A model generated the notes under the pieces. It ran no database searches and had not been told where the DNA came from. It saw only the letters and a list, made by a program, of their open reading frames with translations. Below are positions 39,560 to 48,777 of a stretch of 53,855 nt of DNA, in pieces. The position numbers were made by a program, and so were the translations under genes. Source of the DNA: an uncultured archaeon (GTDB taxonomy: Archaea; Nanobdellota; Nanobdellia; Pacearchaeales; GW2011-AR1). Where the stretch lies: contig CAKZRD010000024.1 of assembly GCA_937143345.1 (NCBI GenBank), positions 1-53,855 on the forward strand. Reading direction: 5' to 3'. How positions within the stretch are numbered: the first letter of the stretch is position 1; each line of letters opens with the position of its first letter.

Positions 39560-40929
39560 CTCTTATATTCTCCATCAATAATATTTACCATTTGAACGCT
39601 TGTTGGATAGATAAAAGCATGACTATGTGTCCAAGCAACAGGATTACCCCTTATATAGAAAATATCAAAAGGAATCATTGTCCCTACTGTAAAAGTTTGT
39701 CTTAACTTTTCAGATTTGTGAACATGACCGGTTATGCTTTTTCCAAAATCATTTTCTTTTGAAGTTATATTTCCACGTCCACCATTAGGACCAGTATCTC
39801 CATGATTTCCAAGCTGATATCCTCTAATTTTCAAGTCATCCCATCTCGTCAAAAAAGTTACATTAACAGGCACACCATAAACATACTTAATTCCTTCTTC
39901 AACTGGATTTTTTCCATCTGCATAAGCAGAAGCCATCTTAAATGCAATTCTTGCATTTATCGGATCTTTTATAAACCTTCCTTCATCAAGATATCTATTT
40001 AAAAATTCGAGATGGTTTGATTGAATGATATAAATCTGCCCATTACCTACTTTATTAGCAATTATTTCTAATTCTTTACCACATAAAAGTAACTCCTGCT
40101 CAAGTGAAAGATTTCCTTTATCAGCACCTTCGCGTATCAGTTGATAAATAAACTGTTTTTGCATATGGTGTGAAACACTATAACCATCAAAAAAGTCATG
40201 AAGAATAAGCCTTTCAGGTTCATATTCAGCAATCATATCTAAAGTTGCTTTTCTAACTTTCCTATCAGTATATCCAGTATGCCAATCACCACAAACCATT
40301 GCTAATGGTCTTACATCTCTTAATTTTCTTCCATCATATTCAACTCCTAAATCACTAAATTTTCCATTCTTTTGTGAAACTAAATTTCTCCAATGATACT
40401 TTTTCTCATTAATCACTTCCACAACTATTGCACCATACTCATGATCTCTTAATGCAATATTTCCTAATCTTCTTCTTTCTGCACTGACATCATCACCTGT
40501 TGCATAATTTGGCTCAGTTGAGGAACCTGTTGTAATCAATGCTTTTGGCATCTTACTATTAGAATGAGGGATATATTTCCATCTTTGTTTTGGGCTTGCA
40601 AATATAAGAGACCTTTCTCTTTGGGCAAATCTCTGCAACCCGGTAATTGGATCAATCTGATAAGGTCTAACATTAAACTGTTCAATTCCAATATTCTCAT
40701 TGAGAGGTTTTCTTTCGTATAACAAACCATATTCTAAAATCCTCTCATGAAAATTCTCAGGAACATAATCTTCAGATGCAGAACTGCCAATCATTGGTAG
40801 AATAATAAGTTCGGCATGCATTTTATCTATATAGGATTCTAAAGAATCTAAGAATTGATCGTTAGGTTTTGCCAAAGCTTGTGCACTTGTTATTACATAA
40901 GTCTTTTTTTTATGTTTGACATCCCCCAT
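39556..40929 (-). CDS. Two-domain protein: unknown N-terminal domain plus a C-terminal calcineurin-like/SbcD-like metallophosphoesterase
   Basis: All five phosphoesterase motifs occur in order: CGDWHTG, HDFFDG, QSNHLE, GNHGD and GHVH. The start is placed at ATG 40929 (MGDVKHKKK) because a TATA-like box sits about 25-30 nt upstream. The track start at 41016 adds a hydrophobic low-complexity extension. Confidence 0.6.
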   Translation of the reverse strand: MGDVKHKKKTYVITSAQALAKPNDQFLDSLESYIDKMHAELIILPMIGSSASEDYVPENFHERILEYGLLYERKPLNENIGIEQFNVRPYQIDPITGLQRFAQRERSLIFASPKQRWKYIPHSNSKMPKALITTGSSTEPNYATGDDVSAERRRLGNIALRDHEYGAIVVEVINEKKYHWRNLVSQKNGKFSDLGVEYDGRKLRDVRPLAMVCGDWHTGYTDRKVRKATLDMIAEYEPERLILHDFFDGYSVSHHMQKQFIYQLIREGADKGNLSLEQELLLCGKELEIIANKVGNGQIYIIQSNHLEFLNRYLDEGRFIKDPINARIAFKMASAYADGKNPVEEGIKYVYGVPVNVTFLTRWDDLKIRGYQLGNHGDTGPNGGRGNITSKENDFGKSITGHVHKSEKLRQTFTVGTMIPFDIFYIRGNPVAWTHSHAFIYPTSVQMVNIIDGEYKR

Positions 40930-40950
40930 ACATATTTTAAAGAAAAAGAA

Positions 40951-40961
40951 TAAATATATAC
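40951..40961 (-). promoter_or_regulatory. TATA-like box for the minus-strand cassette
   Basis: On the minus strand TATATATTTA is centred about 27 nt upstream of ATG 40929. This suggests a leaderless or short-leader mRNA. Confidence 0.3.
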
Positions 40962-40993
40962 TTTTAGTGATTAAAGTATATAGCATAGAAAAA

Positions 40994-41000
40994 TTTAAAT
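40994..41000 (+). promoter_or_regulatory. TATA-like box for the divergent AbrB-PhoU regulator
   Basis: TTTAAAT lies about 25-31 nt upstream of ATG 41025. Confidence 0.3.
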
Positions 41001-41024
41001 ACTCTAATATATTCAAGTAATTAT

Positions 41025-41897
41025 ATGAATGAATTCACAAGAAAAATACAAATTGTAGGAAATAGGTCTTATGCTGTTTCTCTTCCAAAAAAGTGGGTCA
41101 TTAAGAATAATCTTGAGAAAAAAGAAATAAATATAATAGAAAAAGAAGGAAATTTAATACTCTCTCCAAAAAAAATTCAAAAAAATACAACAGATAAGGA
41201 CATTCTAGTTGAAAATTTAGAATTAATTCCCAGTATTTTATTGCTATGTTATTCAAGAGCTGTTTCAAAAGTTAGACTAATTTTCAAAAATAAAAATGAT
41301 TATTTATCTGCAAAACCTATAGTGCTTGAGATACTATCACATTTAGAAGGTTTTAAAATAATAAACGATAATGATGATGATAATAATATAACAATTTGTG
41401 ATTCATATGAAAAGACAAACATTTTAATTCGTGATCTAGCAAAAAGAATGGTTATAATCCTAAATAATATGGTTGATTGTATCTTAAATAACAACAGCAA
41501 AACAAAAAATATATTGGAAAATGAATCAGATAGCCTTTATCATTTCTCAAAAAGAATACTTTATGAAAGTAGTCAAAAATTAAATTTAAGAGATGATACT
41601 GTTAATGACATTGAAGAAATATTTTTATGGAGACTAATATTCAAAAAATTGGAAAACATTGGAGACATTTTAGAAAAAACTACTAAAGAATCTTATATAA
41701 AAGAAAATATCCAAGAGGTATTAAATAAACTTAATGATTTTATCATATTACAAAAGAAAATAAGAATAAATGAGATTCAAAAAATTAAAGAGATGAAATT
41801 TAAAAATTTAAATAATGATAAAATCAAGGAATTAGTTATTGATATTTTAAATAACCTCTTGTTAATTGATTTAAATAAAACTTACTTTCCAAACTAA
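41025..41897 (+). CDS. AbrB/SpoVT-domain plus PhoU-like-domain transcriptional regulator
   Basis: 290 aa. The N-terminal IQIVGNRSYAVSLPKKWVIKNNL is an AbrB-type swapped-hairpin motif. The remainder is helical and PhoU-like, an architecture common in archaea. Confidence 0.6.
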   Translation: MNEFTRKIQIVGNRSYAVSLPKKWVIKNNLEKKEINIIEKEGNLILSPKKIQKNTTDKDILVENLELIPSILLLCYSRAVSKVRLIFKNKNDYLSAKPIVLEILSHLEGFKIINDNDDDNNITICDSYEKTNILIRDLAKRMVIILNNMVDCILNNNSKTKNILENESDSLYHFSKRILYESSQKLNLRDDTVNDIEEIFLWRLIFKKLENIGDILEKTTKESYIKENIQEVLNKLNDFIILQKKIRINEIQKIKEMKFKNLNNDKIKELVIDILNNLLLIDLNKTYFPN

Positions 41898-42221
41898 AAA
41901 AAGTAAGCAAAAAACAGAATTCCCTTACGAAACTACGGCGACAAACTCTTAATAATAAAACTAAACTATGAACTTTCTGACAAATTCCAAATTAACTCCG
42001 CGGTTTTTCTTGCGAGAAAAAAATGCTCGATCATGTTGCATTTTTTCATTCTGAAAAACCTCGCATAACACCAATTAGTTTCAATAAGCTAGCGAGTGTT
42101 TTTTACTAAAACTATTTAAACAACCTTCTACAAGAAACATTAATAATAAAATAAATTTATCAAAAAAATAAAAATGAAAGTAGGTGAAAATAGATATTGC
42201 TTCAATAATCCAATATGGTAA

Positions 42222-42575
42222 ATGCAATTATTGGGTTTTTCAATATTTCTTCTATTTATAGCTCTCGCTGTTATTCAAATTATAACTTGGTCTGTAAAAA
42301 GAAAGATTATTGCGGCAAGAAACGAACTTGGAATAAAACAGCCGTTTATTGATAAAAAATTATATAACTTATCGCTGATGAATACTTCTCTTACAAAAGA
42401 AGAAATTGCAAAGTTTCTAAAAGAATTACAGAAATCTTTTGAACTAGCTAGGAAATTAGATTTTGTAAGAATTATATTATTCTTTGTTTTGATTGGTACT
42501 TCTTTTATTTATAACACTATCTCAGACATAACTCTAAATATAGCGGATTCCAACCTGCCATCAACTCCCATATAG
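42222..42575 (+). CDS. Hypothetical 2-TM membrane protein
   Basis: 117 aa. It is the only intact ORF in a 1.4-kb low-coding stretch. Confidence 0.3.
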   Translation: MQLLGFSIFLLFIALAVIQIITWSVKRKIIAARNELGIKQPFIDKKLYNLSLMNTSLTKEEIAKFLKELQKSFELARKLDFVRIILFFVLIGTSFIYNTISDITLNIADSNLPSTPI

Positions 42576-43288
42576 TAGGTAAGGTGTTCCAGACTTAAAT
42601 AATACTTATCGCAAAAATTCTACTCTTCGAAACTCTAAGTTTCTCGTTGTTTCATCTCTATCGGTTCAGCTCTCAAAATGCTTCCGCATTTTAGATGAGC
42701 CTCACGAGGAAACAAGAGCCTAATATGATTAGTTTCAATAAATAGGGGTACACACCTTATGCTCACTTCGTTCGCAAGAGAAAAAATCAATCTACAGCAA
42801 GTGGTGTCGAAATTCTACTTCAGGCTGATTTAAAATATCATCTATGCAACCAATAAAAACAGGTTTTTTCTCAATTCTATCTCTAACCTGTCTAAGAAAA
42901 TTATTCCTTTCATCTCCTGAAGCCACTACTACCTATTTGTATACTACGATTATTGCTCCACCAAAAACCTCTCTAAGAGTATCTTGATTTTGCATTACAT
43001 ACTTACTTTCTTCTTAAAATCCATATTCCATTTTGATTTTTTCTCAGAAACCGCTCTGAGGCACGAACACTTCTTACTTGATAATATGAATAAAAACAAA
43101 AATACACAACAACTTCTATTATTAAAATGGACAGCGTCCAGCCGTCCTAAAGTGTCTCTTTAAATTAATATGGCTCACGACTTTGTTTTTTCCCCGGTAC
43201 CTTACACTAAAAATCAACCCTCATTAGTTTGAGAAAACTAAAAAGACACAAAGATAAACTTTTTAATCTTCCTTAAATTTTTAATTTT

Positions 43289-43951
43289 ATGAAAGTGTGC
43301 ATTCTTTTTTCTGGGGGAAAAGATTCGACTTATGCAGCTTGGCTTGCGAAAAAAGAAAAGTACGACCTTTCTTGCTTAATTTCTATTTTTTCTGAAAACA
43401 AAGAAAGTTATATGTTTCATACTCCTGCGATTGAAATGACAAAAAAACAAGCAAAATTAATGAAAATTCCTCTTTTAATAAAAAAAACAAAAGGAAAAAA
43501 AGAAAAAGAATTGTTAGACTTAAAAAAAGTCATTGAAGAAGCAATAAAAAAATATAGAATAGAAGGTGTTGTTAGCGGAGCAATTGAAAGTGTTTATCAG
43601 GCGTCAAGAATCCAAAGAATTTGTAATGAACAAAAAATAAAGTGTTTTAACCCTCTTTGGCAAAAAAATCAAATTGATTTATTAAAGGAATTAATTGATA
43701 ATAATTTCGAAGTCATTTTATCCTCTGTTGCCGCTTATCCGCTGGATAAAAACTGGATCGGGAAAAAAATCGACGAAAAATTTATAGAAGAAATAAAAGA
43801 ATTGCAAAGAAAATATAAAATAAATCCTGCTGGCGAGGGCGGTGAATACGAAACTTTAGTAATTAACTGTCCTTTATTTAAAAAAAGAGTTAACACTCAT
43901 TTAATAAATATCATCGGTGAAGGAAATTCTTGGAGAGGAATATTCAAATAA
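43289..43951 (+). CDS. Diphthine-ammonia ligase-like ATP pyrophosphatase (MJ0570/Dph6 N-terminal domain family)
   Basis: 220 aa. MKVCILFSGGKDS (PP-loop), ESYMFHT and NPAGEGGEYETLV are collinear with MJ0570-type proteins. Confidence 0.8.
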   Translation: MKVCILFSGGKDSTYAAWLAKKEKYDLSCLISIFSENKESYMFHTPAIEMTKKQAKLMKIPLLIKKTKGKKEKELLDLKKVIEEAIKKYRIEGVVSGAIESVYQASRIQRICNEQKIKCFNPLWQKNQIDLLKELIDNNFEVILSSVAAYPLDKNWIGKKIDEKFIEEIKELQRKYKINPAGEGGEYETLVINCPLFKKRVNTHLINIIGEGNSWRGIFK

Positions 43952-43969
43952 TTTTTTTATTTTAAACAT

Positions 43970-46630
43970 CTATTTAAATTTTTCTTTATGAATAAATTCT
44001 TGCATATCTTCTGTCCAAAGATTTTTCTTTTCATTAATTTTCTTAAGTAAATCAAAAACAATTAATATTGATAAAGAAGCAAAAATAGAAAAAAGAATGT
44101 AAATTGGACTTACTGGAGTTGTTTCAAAGATCTTATTTAATTTATTGTTATAAATAGATAACAATGTAAAGATTATAGCTATTATTGAAGCAAAAAACAA
44201 AGGTTTATTTGTAAAGGGACTTCTATTCAGAGACATTTTTCTAAAAGAGCGAAAATTAAAAGCATTCGTAATTCCAAAAAAAACCATTGTTGAAAAGGCA
44301 ATTGTTCTTGCTACTTTTTCAGAATTTTCTCTTAAAAGAGTATAATAAAAAGCTCCGAGGGAAAATAGTGAAATCATTAATCCAGATATTAATAGCATTA
44401 AGAACAAAGGTTTTGTTATTATTTCAGATTTTTTTCTTGGTTTTTGATTTATGACATCTTTCGAATAAGGATTAAATGCTAAAGTTATTGCGGTCACCTC
44501 GTCGGAAAATAAATTCATGAATAAGATTTGTATAGCAACTAAAGGTATTGGAAAACCAAAAAGAATCGCTAAAAAGATAATCATAACCTGAGCAAAATTT
44601 ATTGATACTTGATATGTTGTAAATTTTTGTATGTTAGAAAAAATAGTTCTTCCTTCCTTTATAGCTTCTATTATTGTAATAAAATTATCATCTTTTAAAG
44701 TAATATCGGCAACTTCTTTTGATACGTCTGTTCCTCTTTTTCCCATTGCAACTCCAATATGTGCTTCTTTTAACGCAGGAGCATCATTAACTCCGTCGCC
44801 AGTCATTGTTACAACTTCCCCATTCATTTTTAACGCCTTTACAATTTTTAACTTATGTTCTGGTTTTACTCTAGCAAAAATAGAAATATCTTCAACAACT
44901 TTAGATAGTTCTTCTTCAGTTATTCTTTCTAAATAATCTCCTTCAACTATTTTTCCTTTCAATCCTATTTGTTTTGCTATTGACAAAGCAGTCTCCTTAT
45001 TATCCCCTGTAATCATTTTAACTTTTATTCCAGTATCATTACAAATCTTTAATGCTTCTCTAACTCCTTCTTTTGGAGGATCTTCTATTACTACAAAACC
45101 AAGAAAAATTAGATCTTTTTCCTCGATTAAATCTGTTTTATTTTTTTTGTATGCTATCCCTATTGTTCTAAATGCGAGAGAATTAAATTTTTTATTTATT
45201 TCTAAAATTTTTCTTTTTTCTTTTTCAGTTAATCTAAATATCCCGTCTTTTCTTTCTACAAATGAACATTTTTCTATTAAAATTTCGACGGCCCCTTTTG
45301 AATAAACTTTTTTTTCTTCCTTTTCCTTACATAAAACTGACATGATTTTTCTTTTAGAATCAAAAGGTATTTCTTCTATTCTTTTTTGTTTAAAATCTTC
45401 CTTATACAAATTAATTTTAGAAGCTAAAACAAGAAGAGAGGCCTCTGTAGGCGATCCAATTATTTTAAATTCCCTATCATCACCAGTTCTTTCTATTATT
45501 GCATCATTACATAAAACACTAGCCTCTATTAACTTTAATAAAATCTTCTCCTTTTGAGGGTTTATTTTTTTATTTTTATAATTTTCAACACAAAAAATTT
45601 CTCCATGCCCTTTATATCCTTCTCCAGTAACTTCATAAATTCTTCCGTCTACTAAAATTTTTTTTACTGTCATTTCTCCTTTAGTTATAGTTCCTGTCTT
45701 ATCTGTACAAATAACTGTTGTTTCTCCGAGGGTTTCTATTACTGACATTCTGTTTACTATTGCATTCTTTTTTGCCATTCTATAACAACCTGTCGAAAGA
45801 GCTGTTATCAAAACTACTGGAAAACCTTCTGGGAAAGAAGAAACAGCAACAGCAATTACAATGATAACTGCTTCTATAATAATTTCTTTATTTATTTCCT
45901 GGTTTCTTAAAATAAAAATTAAGCCTATCAAAAGAGAAAAAACAATTCCGAAAAAAGCAAGATATTTTGCTATTTTATTCAATTTTTTTTGTAGTAGCAA
46001 TTCTTTTTCTGTAGACGAAATCAAATCTACTATCTTTCCAAATTTTGTGTTCATTCCGGTATGAATTACTTTTGCAATACATTTCCCTTGAATAACAAAA
46101 GATCCCATAAACAAGATATTTTCATTAGTATAATCGTCTTCACTTTTAATTTTCTTCTTTGAAACTTCTTTTGACTCTCCTGTTAATATAGATTCATCAA
46201 TAAGAAGATCTTTTTCTTCTAAAACTAAACAATCTGCAGGTATTTTCTCTCCAGTTCTTAATATTATTATATCTCCAGGAACAATTTCTTTTGATGGAAT
46301 TTCCTTTTCCTTTCCATCTCTAATAACGATTGATACTGGAACAAGCATTTCTTTTAAAGCTTTTATTGCTTTTTCCGCCCGGTATTCTTGAATAAAACCT
46401 GTAAATATTACTATGAAAACAACCACTAATATTACATATCCCGTAGTTGTTTTTTCGACTAAAAAAGATAAAATCGTCGCAAATAAAAGAAGATATATGA
46501 CAAAATTATTTTTTATTTGATTAAGAAGAATTTTTAATATTGTCTTTTTATTTTTTTCTTCTATCTCGTTTAATCCATATTTTTCTAAAAGCTCTTTGGA
46601 TTTTTTTGTTGAAAGTCCTTCTTTATCCAT
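43970..46630 (-). CDS. P-type (P2-like, Ca2+/cation) ATPase
   Basis: 886 aa. TGES, PEGFP (TM4), CTDKTGTIT, MITGDN and TGDGVNDAPALK are present. Confidence 0.9.
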   Translation of the reverse strand: MDKEGLSTKKSKELLEKYGLNEIEEKNKKTILKILLNQIKNNFVIYLLLFATILSFLVEKTTTGYVILVVVFIVIFTGFIQEYRAEKAIKALKEMLVPVSIVIRDGKEKEIPSKEIVPGDIIILRTGEKIPADCLVLEEKDLLIDESILTGESKEVSKKKIKSEDDYTNENILFMGSFVIQGKCIAKVIHTGMNTKFGKIVDLISSTEKELLLQKKLNKIAKYLAFFGIVFSLLIGLIFILRNQEINKEIIIEAVIIVIAVAVSSFPEGFPVVLITALSTGCYRMAKKNAIVNRMSVIETLGETTVICTDKTGTITKGEMTVKKILVDGRIYEVTGEGYKGHGEIFCVENYKNKKINPQKEKILLKLIEASVLCNDAIIERTGDDREFKIIGSPTEASLLVLASKINLYKEDFKQKRIEEIPFDSKRKIMSVLCKEKEEKKVYSKGAVEILIEKCSFVERKDGIFRLTEKEKRKILEINKKFNSLAFRTIGIAYKKNKTDLIEEKDLIFLGFVVIEDPPKEGVREALKICNDTGIKVKMITGDNKETALSIAKQIGLKGKIVEGDYLERITEEELSKVVEDISIFARVKPEHKLKIVKALKMNGEVVTMTGDGVNDAPALKEAHIGVAMGKRGTDVSKEVADITLKDDNFITIIEAIKEGRTIFSNIQKFTTYQVSINFAQVMIIFLAILFGFPIPLVAIQILFMNLFSDEVTAITLAFNPYSKDVINQKPRKKSEIITKPLFLMLLISGLMISLFSLGAFYYTLLRENSEKVARTIAFSTMVFFGITNAFNFRSFRKMSLNRSPFTNKPLFFASIIAIIFTLLSIYNNKLNKIFETTPVSPIYILFSIFASLSILIVFDLLKKINEKKNLWTEDMQEFIHKEKFK

Positions 46631-46815
46631 AGATTTTATTTATTTTTTTTATTTAATAAACTTTTGTTAAGTTTAAAAAGAATATTCTTTTATTTAAATT
46701 ATGGTTGTTTTGTTAATATCAACATGTAAAGAAAAGCTTCATAAAAAGAATTTTATGCTTGCCTTTTCCATTCGGAAGTTAGAAATAAAGAAGCCATAAG
46801 AAATTTTTTAGAAAA

Positions 46816-47556
46816 ATGAATGAAGAACTAAACCAGGTTAAAAAAAAGAAAGAGTTTTCTTATTTACCGGATTCTTTAATAGAAAGAGCACTTATTTTGT
46901 CTAAAAAAGATATTAAAAAATGTCGTGCTATTTTAAGAAAATATTTCTTAGTTTTTTCAACTAATAAAGTTCTAAAAATTAACGACGAAAGGATATTAAA
47001 AAGTCATTTTTCTTCTAAAAACAGAGATTATCCTTTTTTCTATAATAAAATATTCGAAAAAAATAAAAACTTCTCAAACATTCTTGATTTAGGTTCTGGG
47101 ATTAATAGTTTTTCATACCTTTTCTTGAAAGAAATTCTCGGAGAAGTTAATTACATCTGTATAGAAGCAGAAGAAAGAATTGTTCAGAAAACAAATGATT
47201 TTTTTAATAAAAAAGGTTTTCTAAAGGCAAGAGCCATACAAGAAGATTTATTTAATCTTGGAAAAATTGAAGAAATAATATCTTCTTTAAATTCACCAAC
47301 TGCAATTTTTTTATTTCAAGTAATAGATGCTTTAGAATTTTTTGAAAGAGATTATTCTAAAAAACTTCTTTTAATGATTAAAAACCAAATAAATGAAAAA
47401 GATCTCATCGTTATTAGCATGCCGACAAAAACAATTTCAAAAAAGAAATCTTTTGAAGCGAAACGCACATGGCTTAAACTTTTTCTAGAAGAAAATTTTT
47501 TTGTCGAAGATTTTTTTCTTGGTGATGAAAGGATATTTAAATGTAGAAAGAAATAA
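46816..47556 (+). CDS. SAM-dependent methyltransferase resembling FmrO/Rmt/ArmA-type 16S rRNA (G1405 N7) methyltransferases
   Basis: 246 aa. LKSHFSSKNRDYPFFYNKIF parallels HxSTxER..FY..IF. ILDLGSGINSF is motif I, paralleling ILDFGCGFNP. ISMPTKTISKKK parallels ISFPIKSLSGKE. Confidence 0.45.
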   Translation: MNEELNQVKKKKEFSYLPDSLIERALILSKKDIKKCRAILRKYFLVFSTNKVLKINDERILKSHFSSKNRDYPFFYNKIFEKNKNFSNILDLGSGINSFSYLFLKEILGEVNYICIEAEERIVQKTNDFFNKKGFLKARAIQEDLFNLGKIEEIISSLNSPTAIFLFQVIDALEFFERDYSKKLLLMIKNQINEKDLIVISMPTKTISKKKSFEAKRTWLKLFLEENFFVEDFFLGDERIFKCRKK

Positions 47557-47580
47557 AAACCTTTCTTATTGATTCTAATT

Positions 47581-48777
47581 ATGGGATTATTTACCAAAAA
47601 AGTTTTTCGCAATGGTTTTACCTTAATCCATGAAAAGAGAGATATCCCCGTAGTTAGTTTAATTATTTCTTCAAGGTTTGGTTCTGCTTTTGAAAACGAA
47701 GAGGAAAAGGGCATAGCACATTTTTTAGAGCATATGTGTTTTAAAGGAACAAAAAAGAGAGATTCAGAACAAATATCTAAAGAAATTGAGATGGTTGGTG
47801 GGATTTTAAACGCGTTTACTCATGAAGAATTTACTTCCTATCATGCAAAAGTTCCAAGTAAATATTTCTTAAATGCTTTAGATGTCTTGTTTGATATTTT
47901 TTTTAATCCTATTTTTCCAGAAGAAGAAATAAAAAAAGAAGCATTAGTAGTTTGTGAAGAAATTAAGATGTATGACGACAATCCAATTTACTTTACACTA
48001 AATAAAATAAAAGAATCACTTTATGAAGCCCCTTTCGGTTTACCAATTTCTGGAAAAGCAGAAAATATTCTTTCCTTTAGAAGAGAAAAGCTTTTAGAAT
48101 TTCATAAAAATTTCTATTCTTCTTCTAATTCTGTCCTCGTTGTAGTTGGGGGTGTCGATTTTCAAGATGTTTTAGATTTTGTTGAAAAAAAACTATCCTT
48201 AGATGAAAAAAAACTTATAAAAAAGATAAATATAAAAAAAAGAATTTCTAACATGTCATTCACGAAAAAAGATTTGAAGCAAGCGAATCTTTGTCTTGGA
48301 TTTCATTTTCCTCTTTCTTCTGAAAAGGAGAGTTATGCTACAAAAGTTTTTAATTCTATACTAGGAGAAGGAATGTCTAGCAAACTTTTTTTAGAGGTGA
48401 GAGAAAAAAAAGGATTGGTCTACACAATAAAAAGTGATTTGGATACGGGAAAAAATTATTCTTATATGTATATTTTTGCAGGTACTGATAAAAAAAATAT
48501 CGAGGAAGTAATATATACATCCCTAAAAGAATTTTCAAAACTCTCAGATTTAACAGAAGAAGAATTAACAAAAATTAAAGAGAAAGTTATAGGAAATTTC
48601 TATCTTGAAAATGAAGATTCTTTAAACGTCGCAACAAATTTGTTAATGTTTGAAATTACAAAAAAAGCAGAGGATTATTATAATTTTGAAGAAAACATAA
48701 AAAAGGTTTCTTTAGATGAAATAAAAAAAATCTCCAAAATAAAAAAATTTTCAAAAGTTGTTTTAAAACCAGAATAA
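47581..48777 (+). CDS. M16-family (pitrilysin/insulinase-like) zinc peptidase
   Basis: The inverted zinc motif HFLEHMCFKGT is present. The start is placed at ATG 47581; the track uses TTG at 47569. Confidence 0.8.
   Translation: MGLFTKKVFRNGFTLIHEKRDIPVVSLIISSRFGSAFENEEEKGIAHFLEHMCFKGTKKRDSEQISKEIEMVGGILNAFTHEEFTSYHAKVPSKYFLNALDVLFDIFFNPIFPEEEIKKEALVVCEEIKMYDDNPIYFTLNKIKESLYEAPFGLPISGKAENILSFRREKLLEFHKNFYSSSNSVLVVVGGVDFQDVLDFVEKKLSLDEKKLIKKINIKKRISNMSFTKKDLKQANLCLGFHFPLSSEKESYATKVFNSILGEGMSSKLFLEVREKKGLVYTIKSDLDTGKNYSYMYIFAGTDKKNIEEVIYTSLKEFSKLSDLTEEELTKIKEKVIGNFYLENEDSLNVATNLLMFEITKKAEDYYNFEENIKKVSLDEIKKISKIKKFSKVVLKPE

Noticed and set aside
40930-41016. N-terminal extension of the cassette phosphoesterase (track start at 41016).
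   Set aside because: The extension would run through the shared promoter spacer and encodes a hydrophobic low-complexity stretch. The internal ATG at 40929 has a TATA-like box at the expected distance. This remains uncertain.
42707-42714. GAGGAAAC, resembling the RNase P RNA CR-I motif (GAGGAAAGUCC), together with ACAGAAUUCCCUUAC near 41913, which resembles CR-V.
   Set aside because: The motifs are imperfect, about 800 nt apart and in the wrong 5'-to-3' order for one RNase P RNA. I could not trace any supporting helices.
42074-42741. Exact 14-mer ATTAGTTTCAATAA at 42074-42087 and 42728-42741, flanking the 117-aa ORF. Considered as att-like direct repeats of a small insertion.
   Set aside because: In a 54-kb sequence this AT-rich, many exact 14-mers are expected by chance. 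The flanking similarity is only patchy. No integrase or transposase is present.
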